Part shown: piece after piece, positions 17,842-26,214 of the stretch
How positions within the stretch are numbered: position 1 is the first letter of the stretch
Layout of the letters: every line of letters begins with the position of its first letter
NCBI GenBank assembly: GCA_027001995.1
Contig: JALTLO010000088.1
Location: 116,520-142,733, forward strand
Length of the DNA: 26,214 nucleotides
Source of the DNA: Planctomycetota bacterium
GTDB taxonomy: Bacteria; Planctomycetota; GCA-002687715; DRQF01
Reading direction: 5' to 3'
Position numbers and translations under genes: made by a program
The notes under the pieces: generated by a model
What the model saw: the letters and a program-made list of their open reading frames with translations, nothing else
Database searches by the model: none
What the model was told of the DNA's origin: nothing

Positions 17842-17992
17842 ATCCCTCTTCGGTGTTGGGGGTTAAATAGAGCCGAGGGACCAAAAGGTTCCCCGGCTCT
17901 GGAAATATCACCCAACACTTGCTCCGGCTTACAAAGCCTTGGACGACCCTCTTACGAGCGTCGTCGTCATCCCTTTTCGCAAGGGCTATGCC
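17698..17992 (-). ncRNA. Unassigned structured RNA element, copy 2 (compact form)
   Basis: At least eight helices, a GUAA (GNRA) tetraloop on the minus strand, its own terminator, an AT-rich upstream region, and homology to copy 1. Confidence 0.65.
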
Positions 17993-18383
17993 ATTGGAAA
18001 GAAAATTGTGAAAATTCTCTAAGATGCTTTTGAGAAAGGACTTGGGCCCATAGGTTGGCTGTCGGCCAAGAGGAGGATCCAGGTCTGCTTGTAAAGCAAT
18101 ACTTACGGTGGCTCCCAGACGTATGACATCCTTTGGAAAGACGGTGCGGTCTTTGTGGTGGCATTCTTGTTGACCATGAGGCTCTGGTTAGAATCTTAAA
18201 GTTCAGTCGAGAATGTGAAGCTATTCTTGACCGAGCCTTAACCTGACTTTTTCATGAGATCGTGGCCCTGAACATTTCGGGTAAAGCGCCTCATGTGCAT
18301 TTTCCCAACCAAGAGCTGCTCCTGACTACAGGCCCTTTCGGTCCTGACTCAGTTGTCGCCAAAGAAGCTGTACGGGTCCACCC

Positions 18384-19736
18384 ATGGAACACACAATCGA
18401 TTCCAGTCCTTCTAAGTCCGGGCAAAAAGTTCGTCGGGTCTTCATGGAAGACTTTGGCTGCCAAATGAACAAGAACGATGCCGAGTTGGTGGTCGGGCGG
18501 CTCCGGGATGACGGCTTTACCCGCACGGAGGTCTTGGAGGATGCTGATGTCATTCTCTACTACGCATGTAGCGTACGGGAACACGCGGAGGAACGTATTT
18601 TCGGTCGCTTGGGTGGGTTGAAGCGTCTGAAGAAGGAAAAGCCAGGCACCATCATTGGGGTCATGGGGTGTATGGCCCAGAACCAAAAAGAGGCGATCTT
18701 TGAACGAGCCCCTCATGTCGACTTAGTTGTTGGTACCCAACGGTTTGAAGATGTGGCTGACTTCGTCAAGGAACTGGGGCACAAAGACAAAGTTATTGCA
18801 ATCGACGGAGGCGAGGTCAGTTACGACCGGGACATCACTCAGAGACCAGTGAAGCATCAGGCTTTTGTCACCATCATGCGTGGTTGCGACAAGTTCTGTA
18901 CCTTTTGCATTGTTCCCTTTACTCAAGGCCGAGAACGCAGCCGGGGCCCTCAGAGTATTGAAGACGAAGTGCGGGCCTTGATCGACGATGGGGTGCAACA
19001 AATCACTTTGTTGGGGCAAAGGGTCAACACTTATGGCTTAGATCTGAATCAGGGGGAGAACCTTGCGAGGCTCTTGGAAAGGCTAGGCAAGCTCAAGGGC
19101 CTCAAACGCCTTCAGTTCATCACTTCCCATCCGACACACATTGACGAAGAACTCATGAGTGTGATTCGGGACAACCCGGTTCACTCGCGCTATCTTCATC
19201 TTCCGGTGCAGACGGGTTCGGACACCATCTTAAAACGCATGAATCGAGGTCATGATGTGGAAAGTTATCGTCGAACGATCGACATGATTCGTCGTGTTGT
19301 TCCTGATATCTCCATGGCAACTGACTGGATCGTTGGCTCTCCCGGAGAAACAGACGAAGACTTTGACAAAAGTGTTCAACTGTTGCGTGATGTCGAGTTC
19401 CAGACTTCTTTCGTTTTCAAATATAGCGTTCGGAGCGGAACCCGGGCCGCTCGCAGTCAACCAGATGATGTACCCGTGGAGAAGAAGAAGGAACGCAATC
19501 AGATCCTTCTTGCGGAGCAAGAGCGGATGTCTCGAAAGCTCCATTTGGCACGCATCGGTGAAGTGCACGAGATCCTGGTGGAAGGAATCTCCAAGCGTGA
19601 TGAAACGCGATGGTTTGGTCGAACTTCCCAAAACTGGATTGTGGTATTTCGTGCAGCCCGGGACTTCACTGGGGAGTTTGTCAAAGTTCGGATCGTTGAC
19701 GTCACCGCCCTCACCCTCTTTGGCGAATTGATTTAA
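18384..19736 (+). CDS. miaB: tRNA-i6A37 methylthiotransferase
   Basis: GCQMN, CSVREHAE, GCMAQ, radical SAM CDKFCTFC, and a C-terminal TRAM domain. Confidence 0.95.
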   Translation: MEHTIDSSPSKSGQKVRRVFMEDFGCQMNKNDAELVVGRLRDDGFTRTEVLEDADVILYYACSVREHAEERIFGRLGGLKRLKKEKPGTIIGVMGCMAQNQKEAIFERAPHVDLVVGTQRFEDVADFVKELGHKDKVIAIDGGEVSYDRDITQRPVKHQAFVTIMRGCDKFCTFCIVPFTQGRERSRGPQSIEDEVRALIDDGVQQITLLGQRVNTYGLDLNQGENLARLLERLGKLKGLKRLQFITSHPTHIDEELMSVIRDNPVHSRYLHLPVQTGSDTILKRMNRGHDVESYRRTIDMIRRVVPDISMATDWIVGSPGETDEDFDKSVQLLRDVEFQTSFVFKYSVRSGTRAARSQPDDVPVEKKKERNQILLAEQERMSRKLHLARIGEVHEILVEGISKRDETRWFGRTSQNWIVVFRAARDFTGEFVKVRIVDVTALTLFGELI

Positions 19737-19738
19737 TC

Positions 19739-20848
19739 ATGTCCCCATGTCCCCAAGAAAGCTTCATGTCCCAGGCTATTGACTTGGCCAAAAGAGGGGC
19801 CGGGTTCGTTGAGCCTAATCCTTGTGTTGGGGCCGTGGTTGTCAAGGAGGGCAAGATCGTTGGGCAGGGCTATCATGAGGCTTTGGGCGGACCTCATGCT
19901 GAAGTCAATGCCATCCATGCTGCTGGGGTCCATGCCCGGGGCGCAGATCTTTACGTCACCTTGGAGCCCTGTTCTACCCAAGGTCGCACACCACCTTGTT
20001 CTGAATTCGTCGTGGATGCGGGCATTCGCCGTGTCTTCATTGGTTGCGTTGATCCGAATCCTCAGCATGGGGGGCGAGCTCTTCTGAGCCTCAAAGCCAA
20101 TGGGCTGGATGTGACTTGCGGACTGCTTGAGAGTGAGTGCCAGGAGTTGATCGCGCCTTTTGTCGCCAGCCTGAGCGCCAAGCGCCCAGTGATTATGGCC
20201 AAATGGGCTTCCACTCTGGATGGCAAGATCGCTACCAAGACTGGTGATTCCAAGTGGATTACCAGCAAGACCGCAAGAGCCCTTGTTCATGAAGAACGGG
20301 CACGCTGCGATGGAATTTTGGTGGGTTCAGGGACGATCTTGGCAGACGATCCCCATTTGGGTGTCCGTCATGTTAGTGGAGATTCACCTGCCCCCATCAT
20401 TCTCGATACGTCACTTCAAACTCCCGTGGATGCCAAAGTCCTCACTGAGATCGAGCGACAACCCATCATTTATTGCGGAGACAACGTTGATCCAAGCCGT
20501 ATCAAATCGTTTCGTTCCTTTGGCGTGGTTGTTGTCTGTTGCCCAGTGACCGAAGACGGGGTTGACCTGAAGTTTGTTCTTCGGGACCTTCACGAACGGG
20601 GATTTGGTCGAATCTTGGTTGAGGGTGGCGCCCAGGTCTTGGGATCATTTTTTCAAGGCGGTTACGTGGATTTGGTTCAAGTTTACTTGGCTCCTAAAGT
20701 CTTGGGTGACGTGGATGCTCTGGGAGCAATTCGCGGTCGCCAAGTTGAATTCATGGCTGACACGGTTGACCTTGAGTGGCTTCATGTTGAACTGGCAGAC
20801 GGAGACCTGCGCCTCTTCGGGCGAGTCTTGTCAGATCCCCAATCTTAG
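19739..20848 (+). CDS. ribD: Bifunctional riboflavin biosynthesis deaminase/reductase
   Basis: PNPCVG, HAE, TLEPC...TPPC, SKWIT and VEGG motifs. Confidence 0.97.
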   Translation: MSPCPQESFMSQAIDLAKRGAGFVEPNPCVGAVVVKEGKIVGQGYHEALGGPHAEVNAIHAAGVHARGADLYVTLEPCSTQGRTPPCSEFVVDAGIRRVFIGCVDPNPQHGGRALLSLKANGLDVTCGLLESECQELIAPFVASLSAKRPVIMAKWASTLDGKIATKTGDSKWITSKTARALVHEERARCDGILVGSGTILADDPHLGVRHVSGDSPAPIILDTSLQTPVDAKVLTEIERQPIIYCGDNVDPSRIKSFRSFGVVVVCCPVTEDGVDLKFVLRDLHERGFGRILVEGGAQVLGSFFQGGYVDLVQVYLAPKVLGDVDALGAIRGRQVEFMADTVDLEWLHVELADGDLRLFGRVLSDPQS

Positions 20849-20875
20849 TCTCCTTCCAATTTCATGACTATCAAA

Positions 20876-21003
20876 GTGGCACCGGACCAAGCACGACGAG
20901 GTTCCGACGAGGAACCATGGACACACATCCTCTCCCGATTTCGATTTGCCCGGTTTCGACATTCTATAAATCAGTTTAGGTGTCGCGCTTAGCTCGGTGC
21001 CAC
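20876..21003 (-). ncRNA. Candidate small RNA or inverted-repeat element closed by a 22-nt stem
   Basis: Arms 20876-20897 and 20982-21003 pair at 21/22 positions on the minus strand, including 3 G-U pairs. Confidence 0.45.
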
Positions 21004-21171
21004 CACCCACTAAGACGTTAAGTCTCAAGAAGGTGGACTAGCATTTCGAAATATTTTCAGCACTCTGCCCAGGGGTGGCGGCAAACTGCTTGCTGACTAT
21101 GATGAGTCCGTTGATGAGGACAGGGGACGGTTCCCTTGTGGTTCGAACTTACCGTTGATCGAAAGAACATC

Positions 21172-23427
21172 ATGCTTCTAAGTCTTCCAGGGAAACGTAA
21201 GAAGTGCCAAGCCCGCGGAGGCCTGGGGCTGTGGGTCCTCTTGGTGCTTGGGAGCTTCTTGCCATCTTGTTCTATCTATGATTTGGAGCATGGTCCCAAA
21301 GAGGAAGTCGATCCAGATTTTGTAGAGATTACCCGGCTTCTCCAAAGGGGTGATTCTGAAGAAGCAGAGCAGAGACTCCAAGTCTTGATCCGCCAGCGCC
21401 CCCTTCACGTCGCAGCTCATCGGGAGATGCAGAAGCTCCGCCTCGCCCGATTTGAGAATTTTGACCTGATTCGCGATTACCGAGCTTTATGCACAGAGTT
21501 GCCGGACTCTGCTGGGGCTCGCTATTTATTGGGGCGATTGTTGTTTAAGTACGACGCCCAGAAAAGAGGATTTAATCGAGCTGTGGCGTTGGACCCTGGG
21601 GATCCTTGGGGACATTATGGCCTGGCTTGGGTGGCAGCGGGGCAGGGTGAAGTCGATGTGTCTTTTTCGCACATCAATTATGCCTTGGCAGCCCAACCCG
21701 GTCATAACTGGTCGCGCTACCTTTTAACCCGCCACCTCATGAGTCAGGCGCGATTTGTGGAAGCCCGGGGTGTCCTGACGCTTCTCCTGAAGGATTACCC
21801 TCACCTGCATGTCAACTGGATCCTCATGGCCAGGTTATCTCAAATGGAAGGCAAATATGCTCAAGAGCTTGATGCCCTTGAAGGGGCCTTGGCAATTAGC
21901 CCAGAAAACCAAGAAGCTCGTGGGCTACTCTTGGCCCTGGCTAAGAACCAAAGAGACACAGCTTTGGGTTTCCTGGCCCGAGACTTGGGGAAGAAGAGCG
22001 TAAAAGCAAAGAACTTGTCAGAGAATGATCGGGCTTTTTTGTTGGAGCTAGAAGCTATTGATGCCCGTCATTCTCATACTCTGAGAGATCTGGCGATCAT
22101 GACTTTGCGCCATGGCAAGAAAGGCTCTCAGCGCACCTTGCTCTATGGGGAATTCGACCCAAAGGATTACTTTCAACATTGGCGTTCCTTGTATGGGAGC
22201 CACTCCCATCACCTCAAACCAGTTCTGGGTAAACTCGGATCTGACTTGGAGAAAGCCGGTTCATTTCAGCCTCGAGATGCCCTTCATTGGGCCGAAAGAT
22301 TCGCCCGGGCTGGGCTTGTGGACTATGCCCAGTACTTAGTGGAGCATTTTGATCTTGAAGGCCCATTTGCCTCTCGACTCCACAAGCACCAACGGGTGTT
22401 GGCTCGACTTCAAGTTTTGGTGCAAGAGATCCAGGAGCAAGAATCCGAAGATCATGAGGAGTCCTTAGCTCAGTTTCTGGCCCATGTCCGGGGTGTTATT
22501 GAGCAGGAAACTGGTTACGTTTGCGACCAAGAAGAACCGACGTTGGGCCTCCCCTTGGTGGGCTCGGCTCTTGATGCATCCAAGGCCCGTGCCGGAACCA
22601 TCAACGGCTACTTCGCCCGATTCAACCAAATCATGTTTGCCGGGCGTTTGGATGGTTCGGCCACGCAAGCTCTTGTCTTCACCACCGTTTCCGGGCCGAC
22701 CCAAGTGAAGCCTCTTGATTGGCCTGTTGAGCAGGGTTGTGTTGAAGTGATTGGCGCCATGGTTGCAGTCCGCTCCCAGGATGAGACCTTTGGCGACAAT
22801 GCTGGTCGGGCTCTTTTTGGCACCTATTTTCTTGACTTAGATGTTCTTTTGCCGTGGAGCCGACGCTTGGAGAGGGTTGAGAATAATTCAGATGTTCAGA
22901 ATCACAACCTGCTAGACAGCAAGCCACTCTCTGCTACAGGATTCGAAGAAAGACAAAGCCTGGACTTTCCTGGCTCAACCGCCACGGCCTTAACCAAGAA
23001 GGCTTTTGATCTCCACGGCGAGCTTCCTATGCTGGATTTGGTGAGAGTCCATGAGCAAGGTCACCTCTTTGATAGTTTCAACTACTTGCCATTATGGCAG
23101 CAGGTCTTGCCCAATCTTCTTTTGATCTTGCGTGGTGGATTCTCTTCTGTGGGAATCATGGCTGAACTGGAAGAAGCCGCAGCCCTACACGCTCTGAAGC
23201 AGGCCCAAAGTCCTCATTTGGCATTGGCAGAGTTAGTGCGATCATTGACCCCCGGCGAACCACGAGGACCTCACGCTCAAGGCTATCGCAATCTTCTGAA
23301 GCGGTTTTTGATTCGCCTGGATCATCGGGTTAGCGAGTTTATTCAACTCGAGCCCGACGCCGTATTGCTACACCAACTCCATCGTCTGACTGAAGAGCAA
23401 ATTCGCCAAGTCGCCCGAGAAATATGA
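21172..23427 (+). CDS. TPR-repeat lipoprotein with C-terminal HEXXH motif
   Basis: LPSC lipobox, several TPR-like repeats (AVALDPGD, ALAAQPGH, ALAISPEN), and VHEQGH near the C-terminus. Confidence 0.75.
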   Translation: MLLSLPGKRKKCQARGGLGLWVLLVLGSFLPSCSIYDLEHGPKEEVDPDFVEITRLLQRGDSEEAEQRLQVLIRQRPLHVAAHREMQKLRLARFENFDLIRDYRALCTELPDSAGARYLLGRLLFKYDAQKRGFNRAVALDPGDPWGHYGLAWVAAGQGEVDVSFSHINYALAAQPGHNWSRYLLTRHLMSQARFVEARGVLTLLLKDYPHLHVNWILMARLSQMEGKYAQELDALEGALAISPENQEARGLLLALAKNQRDTALGFLARDLGKKSVKAKNLSENDRAFLLELEAIDARHSHTLRDLAIMTLRHGKKGSQRTLLYGEFDPKDYFQHWRSLYGSHSHHLKPVLGKLGSDLEKAGSFQPRDALHWAERFARAGLVDYAQYLVEHFDLEGPFASRLHKHQRVLARLQVLVQEIQEQESEDHEESLAQFLAHVRGVIEQETGYVCDQEEPTLGLPLVGSALDASKARAGTINGYFARFNQIMFAGRLDGSATQALVFTTVSGPTQVKPLDWPVEQGCVEVIGAMVAVRSQDETFGDNAGRALFGTYFLDLDVLLPWSRRLERVENNSDVQNHNLLDSKPLSATGFEERQSLDFPGSTATALTKKAFDLHGELPMLDLVRVHEQGHLFDSFNYLPLWQQVLPNLLLILRGGFSSVGIMAELEEAAALHALKQAQSPHLALAELVRSLTPGEPRGPHAQGYRNLLKRFLIRLDHRVSEFIQLEPDAVLLHQLHRLTEEQIRQVAREI

Positions 23428-23433
23428 ATTTCG

Positions 23434-24291
23434 TCAGTCCTCAAGGCGGCCCAAGTGATTGCTGAGTTGTTCCACATATCCGCCACCAAAGAGTGTCACA
23501 TGGACCAGGAGGGGGTAGAGATTGTAGACATGCTGTCTGCGTTCACGAAAGTCGTCGTGAATGTTATGGGTTTCCCGGTAGATATCGAAGAATTTGGCAC
23601 TGAAGGTGCTGAAGAGATTGATGAAAGCCAACTCGATTTCCGGGTCAGCGTAGTAAATGGCGGGATCAACGAACCCCAAAAGCTGTTTCGGCTTCGCCAA
23701 GATGTTGCCGGCCCAAACATCGCCATGAATGAGCCCGGGGGGATTGGGATCTACGAGCTCCTCTTCTATGTTTTCGGCGAAGTCACGAATCCTGTGGTGC
23801 AAGGAAGTAGGTAAGTTGCCGCAGGCTTTCGCTTGAGATGCCATCGCCAAGAGTCTTTGGTCACGAAAGAACTCTGGCCAGGAGTCGGAGTAGGTATTTT
23901 CTTGAACCAAACCACCGATCCTGGTGTCGAAATCAAGTCCGTAGTGCTCACCTCTGATGGAGTGAAGGGCCGCCAATTGGCGGGCTGCTTGGACTTGGCC
24001 CTTGCCCCGAGCTCCGCTAGAGCCGCCCAAGTCTGTCATGATGAGCATATGGTCATCGTTTGCCACAACCTGGGGGACAGGGAGTTCGCTGTGCTCCGAC
24101 AAATAGGTGAGCATGCGTCCTTCAACTGTGAGCCCGCCGGTGCCGGCCTCATCCAACTTGATGACAAGAGTTGAGTCGTCCGCGAAGCGGAGGCGCTTGA
24201 CATCACCCACGCATCCTCCCATGAGGTCGTAGATCACAGTTGGTCTTTTGTTTAGAGCCTGTTCAACTTTTGTCTCGATTGACGTGTTCAT
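23434..24291 (-). CDS. Fructosamine kinase family protein
   Basis: GGCVG, LAALH, WPEFFRDQRL, LIHGDVWAGN, DPAIYY and YNLYPLLVH motifs. Confidence 0.92.
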   Translation of the reverse strand: MNTSIETKVEQALNKRPTVIYDLMGGCVGDVKRLRFADDSTLVIKLDEAGTGGLTVEGRMLTYLSEHSELPVPQVVANDDHMLIMTDLGGSSGARGKGQVQAARQLAALHSIRGEHYGLDFDTRIGGLVQENTYSDSWPEFFRDQRLLAMASQAKACGNLPTSLHHRIRDFAENIEEELVDPNPPGLIHGDVWAGNILAKPKQLLGFVDPAIYYADPEIELAFINLFSTFSAKFFDIYRETHNIHDDFRERRQHVYNLYPLLVHVTLFGGGYVEQLSNHLGRLED

Positions 24292-24761
24292 GATGATGAG
24301 CGAATCTTTTCTAACAGGCCCCTTGATGCATCTTCGATGAGGTCGAGCACAAGCTCGAAGCCAGAATCGCCTTCGCCGTAGTAGGGGTCGGGTACTTCCC
24401 GGGCTTCGTGTTGTTGTGCGAAATCCAAAAACAGAGCAACTTTGTGGGCGTGCTTTGCGGGGGCTTCATGAGTCAAGATCTTGAGGTTGGCACGATCCAT
24501 GGCCAGTATGTAATCAAAATGCTCGAAGTCGCCTTCGCAGACCTTTCTTGCTTTGTGAGAACTCAGATCATAACCTCGCCGCAGGGCGACTTTTCTTGAG
24601 CGAGGATCAGCGCCGTCGCCACAATGATAGGCGTGGGTTCCTGCTGACTCGATGTGAAATTCGGAGGCCAAACCGGCTTCGGCGACCATGTTAGCGAAGA
24701 CGAACTCCGCCGAGGGAGAGCGACAAATGTTGCCCATACAAACGAAAAGTACATGGGTCAT
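24288..24761 (-). CDS. Low-molecular-weight protein tyrosine phosphatase
   Basis: VLFVCMGNICRS P-loop and VPDPYY. Start at ATG 24761. The stop overlaps the next start (ATGA). Confidence 0.95.
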   Translation of the reverse strand: MTHVLFVCMGNICRSPSAEFVFANMVAEAGLASEFHIESAGTHAYHCGDGADPRSRKVALRRGYDLSSHKARKVCEGDFEHFDYILAMDRANLKILTHEAPAKHAHKVALFLDFAQQHEAREVPDPYYGEGDSGFELVLDLIEDASRGLLEKIRSSS

Positions 24762-24774
24762 GAAACGATCCAGT

Positions 24775-26214
24775 TCAGTAAGAAATGACGGGGGATTGCA
24801 GAAGGATCTTATGATCGAGGCTGAACCAGGGCTCTCGGGACAAAATGAGCACGGGGGTCCAACGGCCGGGTCGACTTGGTGTTCTGCCAATGGTCATGAT
24901 TTTGACTGACCCCTTTGAACTCAAACCGCTCGCAGGCAAGAATCGTCCGGGCAGTCTGCGGGTGCTGTTGGGAAGGAGCCATTCGCCGGTGTCGGCGTTC
25001 TTGAAAATCCATGTGACACGATTTCCCCAATGCCAAACACCTCCGCCGATTTCTTGAGGGCCATCATTGTGCAGGGTTACATGTCTGGCGAAAAATGTGT
25101 TGCGCTTTTGTGGCAATTGCTTGGCCCGAGGGGCAATCTTCGCCGTCAAAGAGAGCTGATGCAGTTCCCCTGCCTTGACAGCTTCTTGCTGGCAGAGTTT
25201 CTTCAATGATCGAGCCCATGACTTGATCCAAGGGCGGGCATGATTCTCGGTTTGGAGGACATCACGAAGGGTTGTGAGAGCTTGCTCTCTCTCTCCTTGA
25301 AGGCAATAGAGATGGGCCAATTTCGTACGGACGAAGAAATCTTGGTCGCCAACTTCTTTGCTGATTGCGATGGACTCAATCAGCCGCGGAATCGCCTCTT
25401 TGTAGCGTTTCTCTCTGGTACTTTCATCTGCGAGTATTTCTTGAGACGCGGCCAACATCAGTTTTTCCTGCATCTGGGGTGTGACCCGCATAGCCAGGGT
25501 GTCCCGGCTCAGACGTCGAGCTTCCGGGACATTGGTGTGAGACATTCGTGCCAACAGGGCATTGGCGTTTTTGCCGGTGAGTTTTGTGGCGGCTTGGGCC
25601 AGAGCGACTTGGGCCCTGGGTTGGTTGAGGCCAGCCCCAGGTGAACAAAGCGCATCCCGGAGGACTAAGTCGAGGTCGTGGAAGCCGATGGTCGCAAGAG
25701 CGCTCAAGGATCGAGCCACGATCTTGCTGCTGGGGCGATCCAAATTAGGCAAAAGCCAAGGAGCCAAGCTGATGTTGCCAGATTGGGCGATCCATGGAGC
25801 GATGAGAAGATTCCACTCGCCGAAATAGTCGTTGAGACTGTCTTCAACGATGGCGAATCCGCTGTGGTCTCCTTGTTTCAAAAGCCAAAGAGCAGCGCTT
25901 TGCCGCACTTTGGGGCTGGGCGACTGCAATCCTTCTTTCATGAAAGGAGATAGACGCGTGTGGGGCAGAGCCAAGAGGAAATCGAAACAGGCAAGGCAGA
26001 CAGTTTGAGGATGCAAAGCTGAACGGGTGAGGCGGAGAAGAGTTTGGTGAAGCCGATCGATTCGAGCCGTCCCCAAGATCTTGTCCCGTTCGCTTCGGTA
26101 GTTGTGGGAATTGTCGAAGAGGATTTTCGCCAAGGAAATGATCGCTTTGAAATCGTCGCGCAGGTCTTCGTCATTCAGTTTTCCTAACCATAGGTCGAAA
26201 TCGGCCTCTATGCT
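24775..26214 (-). CDS. HEAT-repeat/TPR protein with probable C-terminal Ig-like domain (5' end outside window)
   Basis: The frame stays open to the window edge (SIEADFDLWLGKLNDEDLRDD...). HEAT-like repeats (SPSPKVRQSAA), TPR-like helices and a beta-rich C-terminus (VTLHNDG). Confidence 0.7.
   Translation of the reverse strand, partial: SIEADFDLWLGKLNDEDLRDDFKAIISLAKILFDNSHNYRSERDKILGTARIDRLHQTLLRLTRSALHPQTVCLACFDFLLALPHTRLSPFMKEGLQSPSPKVRQSAALWLLKQGDHSGFAIVEDSLNDYFGEWNLLIAPWIAQSGNISLAPWLLPNLDRPSSKIVARSLSALATIGFHDLDLVLRDALCSPGAGLNQPRAQVALAQAATKLTGKNANALLARMSHTNVPEARRLSRDTLAMRVTPQMQEKLMLAASQEILADESTREKRYKEAIPRLIESIAISKEVGDQDFFVRTKLAHLYCLQGEREQALTTLRDVLQTENHARPWIKSWARSLKKLCQQEAVKAGELHQLSLTAKIAPRAKQLPQKRNTFFARHVTLHNDGPQEIGGGVWHWGNRVTWIFKNADTGEWLLPNSTRRLPGRFLPASGLSSKGSVKIMTIGRTPSRPGRWTPVLILSREPWFSLDHKILLQSPVISY

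Noticed and set aside
17500..17940. RNase P-like words (GAAAGTC, CCGGCTTA), B12-like GCCACTG, and a group II domain V-like GAGCCG hairpin
   Set aside because: These are isolated short matches. The remaining conserved regions, spacing and the domain V bulge are missing.
21099..21125. TGATGA-GTCC...GGAC hammerhead-like stem II
   Set aside because: It lacks C3 and the following GAAA.
1..26214. CRISPR array, tRNA, rRNA, transposase or reverse transcriptase
   Set aside because: None was seen on reading. There are no regularly spaced repeats and no complete cloverleaf.

Overview
This is a gene-dense bacterial chromosomal segment. A Planctomycetota/PVC-type origin is inferred from the dksA-lspA linkage and a prepilin protein with an H-X9-DG-like motif. 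Left part: partial hutH, a flippase plus two GT4 glycosyltransferases, a LEA_2 lipoprotein, xerD, dksA/traR-lspA, an atypical response regulator, secA-waaA-metK and a prepilin-type protein. Right part: miaB-ribD, a TPR/HEXXH lipoprotein, and a convergent HEAT protein-LMW phosphatase-fructosamine kinase operon. The most unusual part is 14.6-18.0 kb, where two apparently homologous, highly structured non-coding elements (about 14990-15420 and 17698-17992) flank three accessory genes. They share six co-linear sequence blocks and compensatory base changes, and I cannot assign them to a known RNA family. Two further candidate structured RNAs lie at 14635-14758 and 20876-21003. All structures were folded by eye and need computational confirmation.
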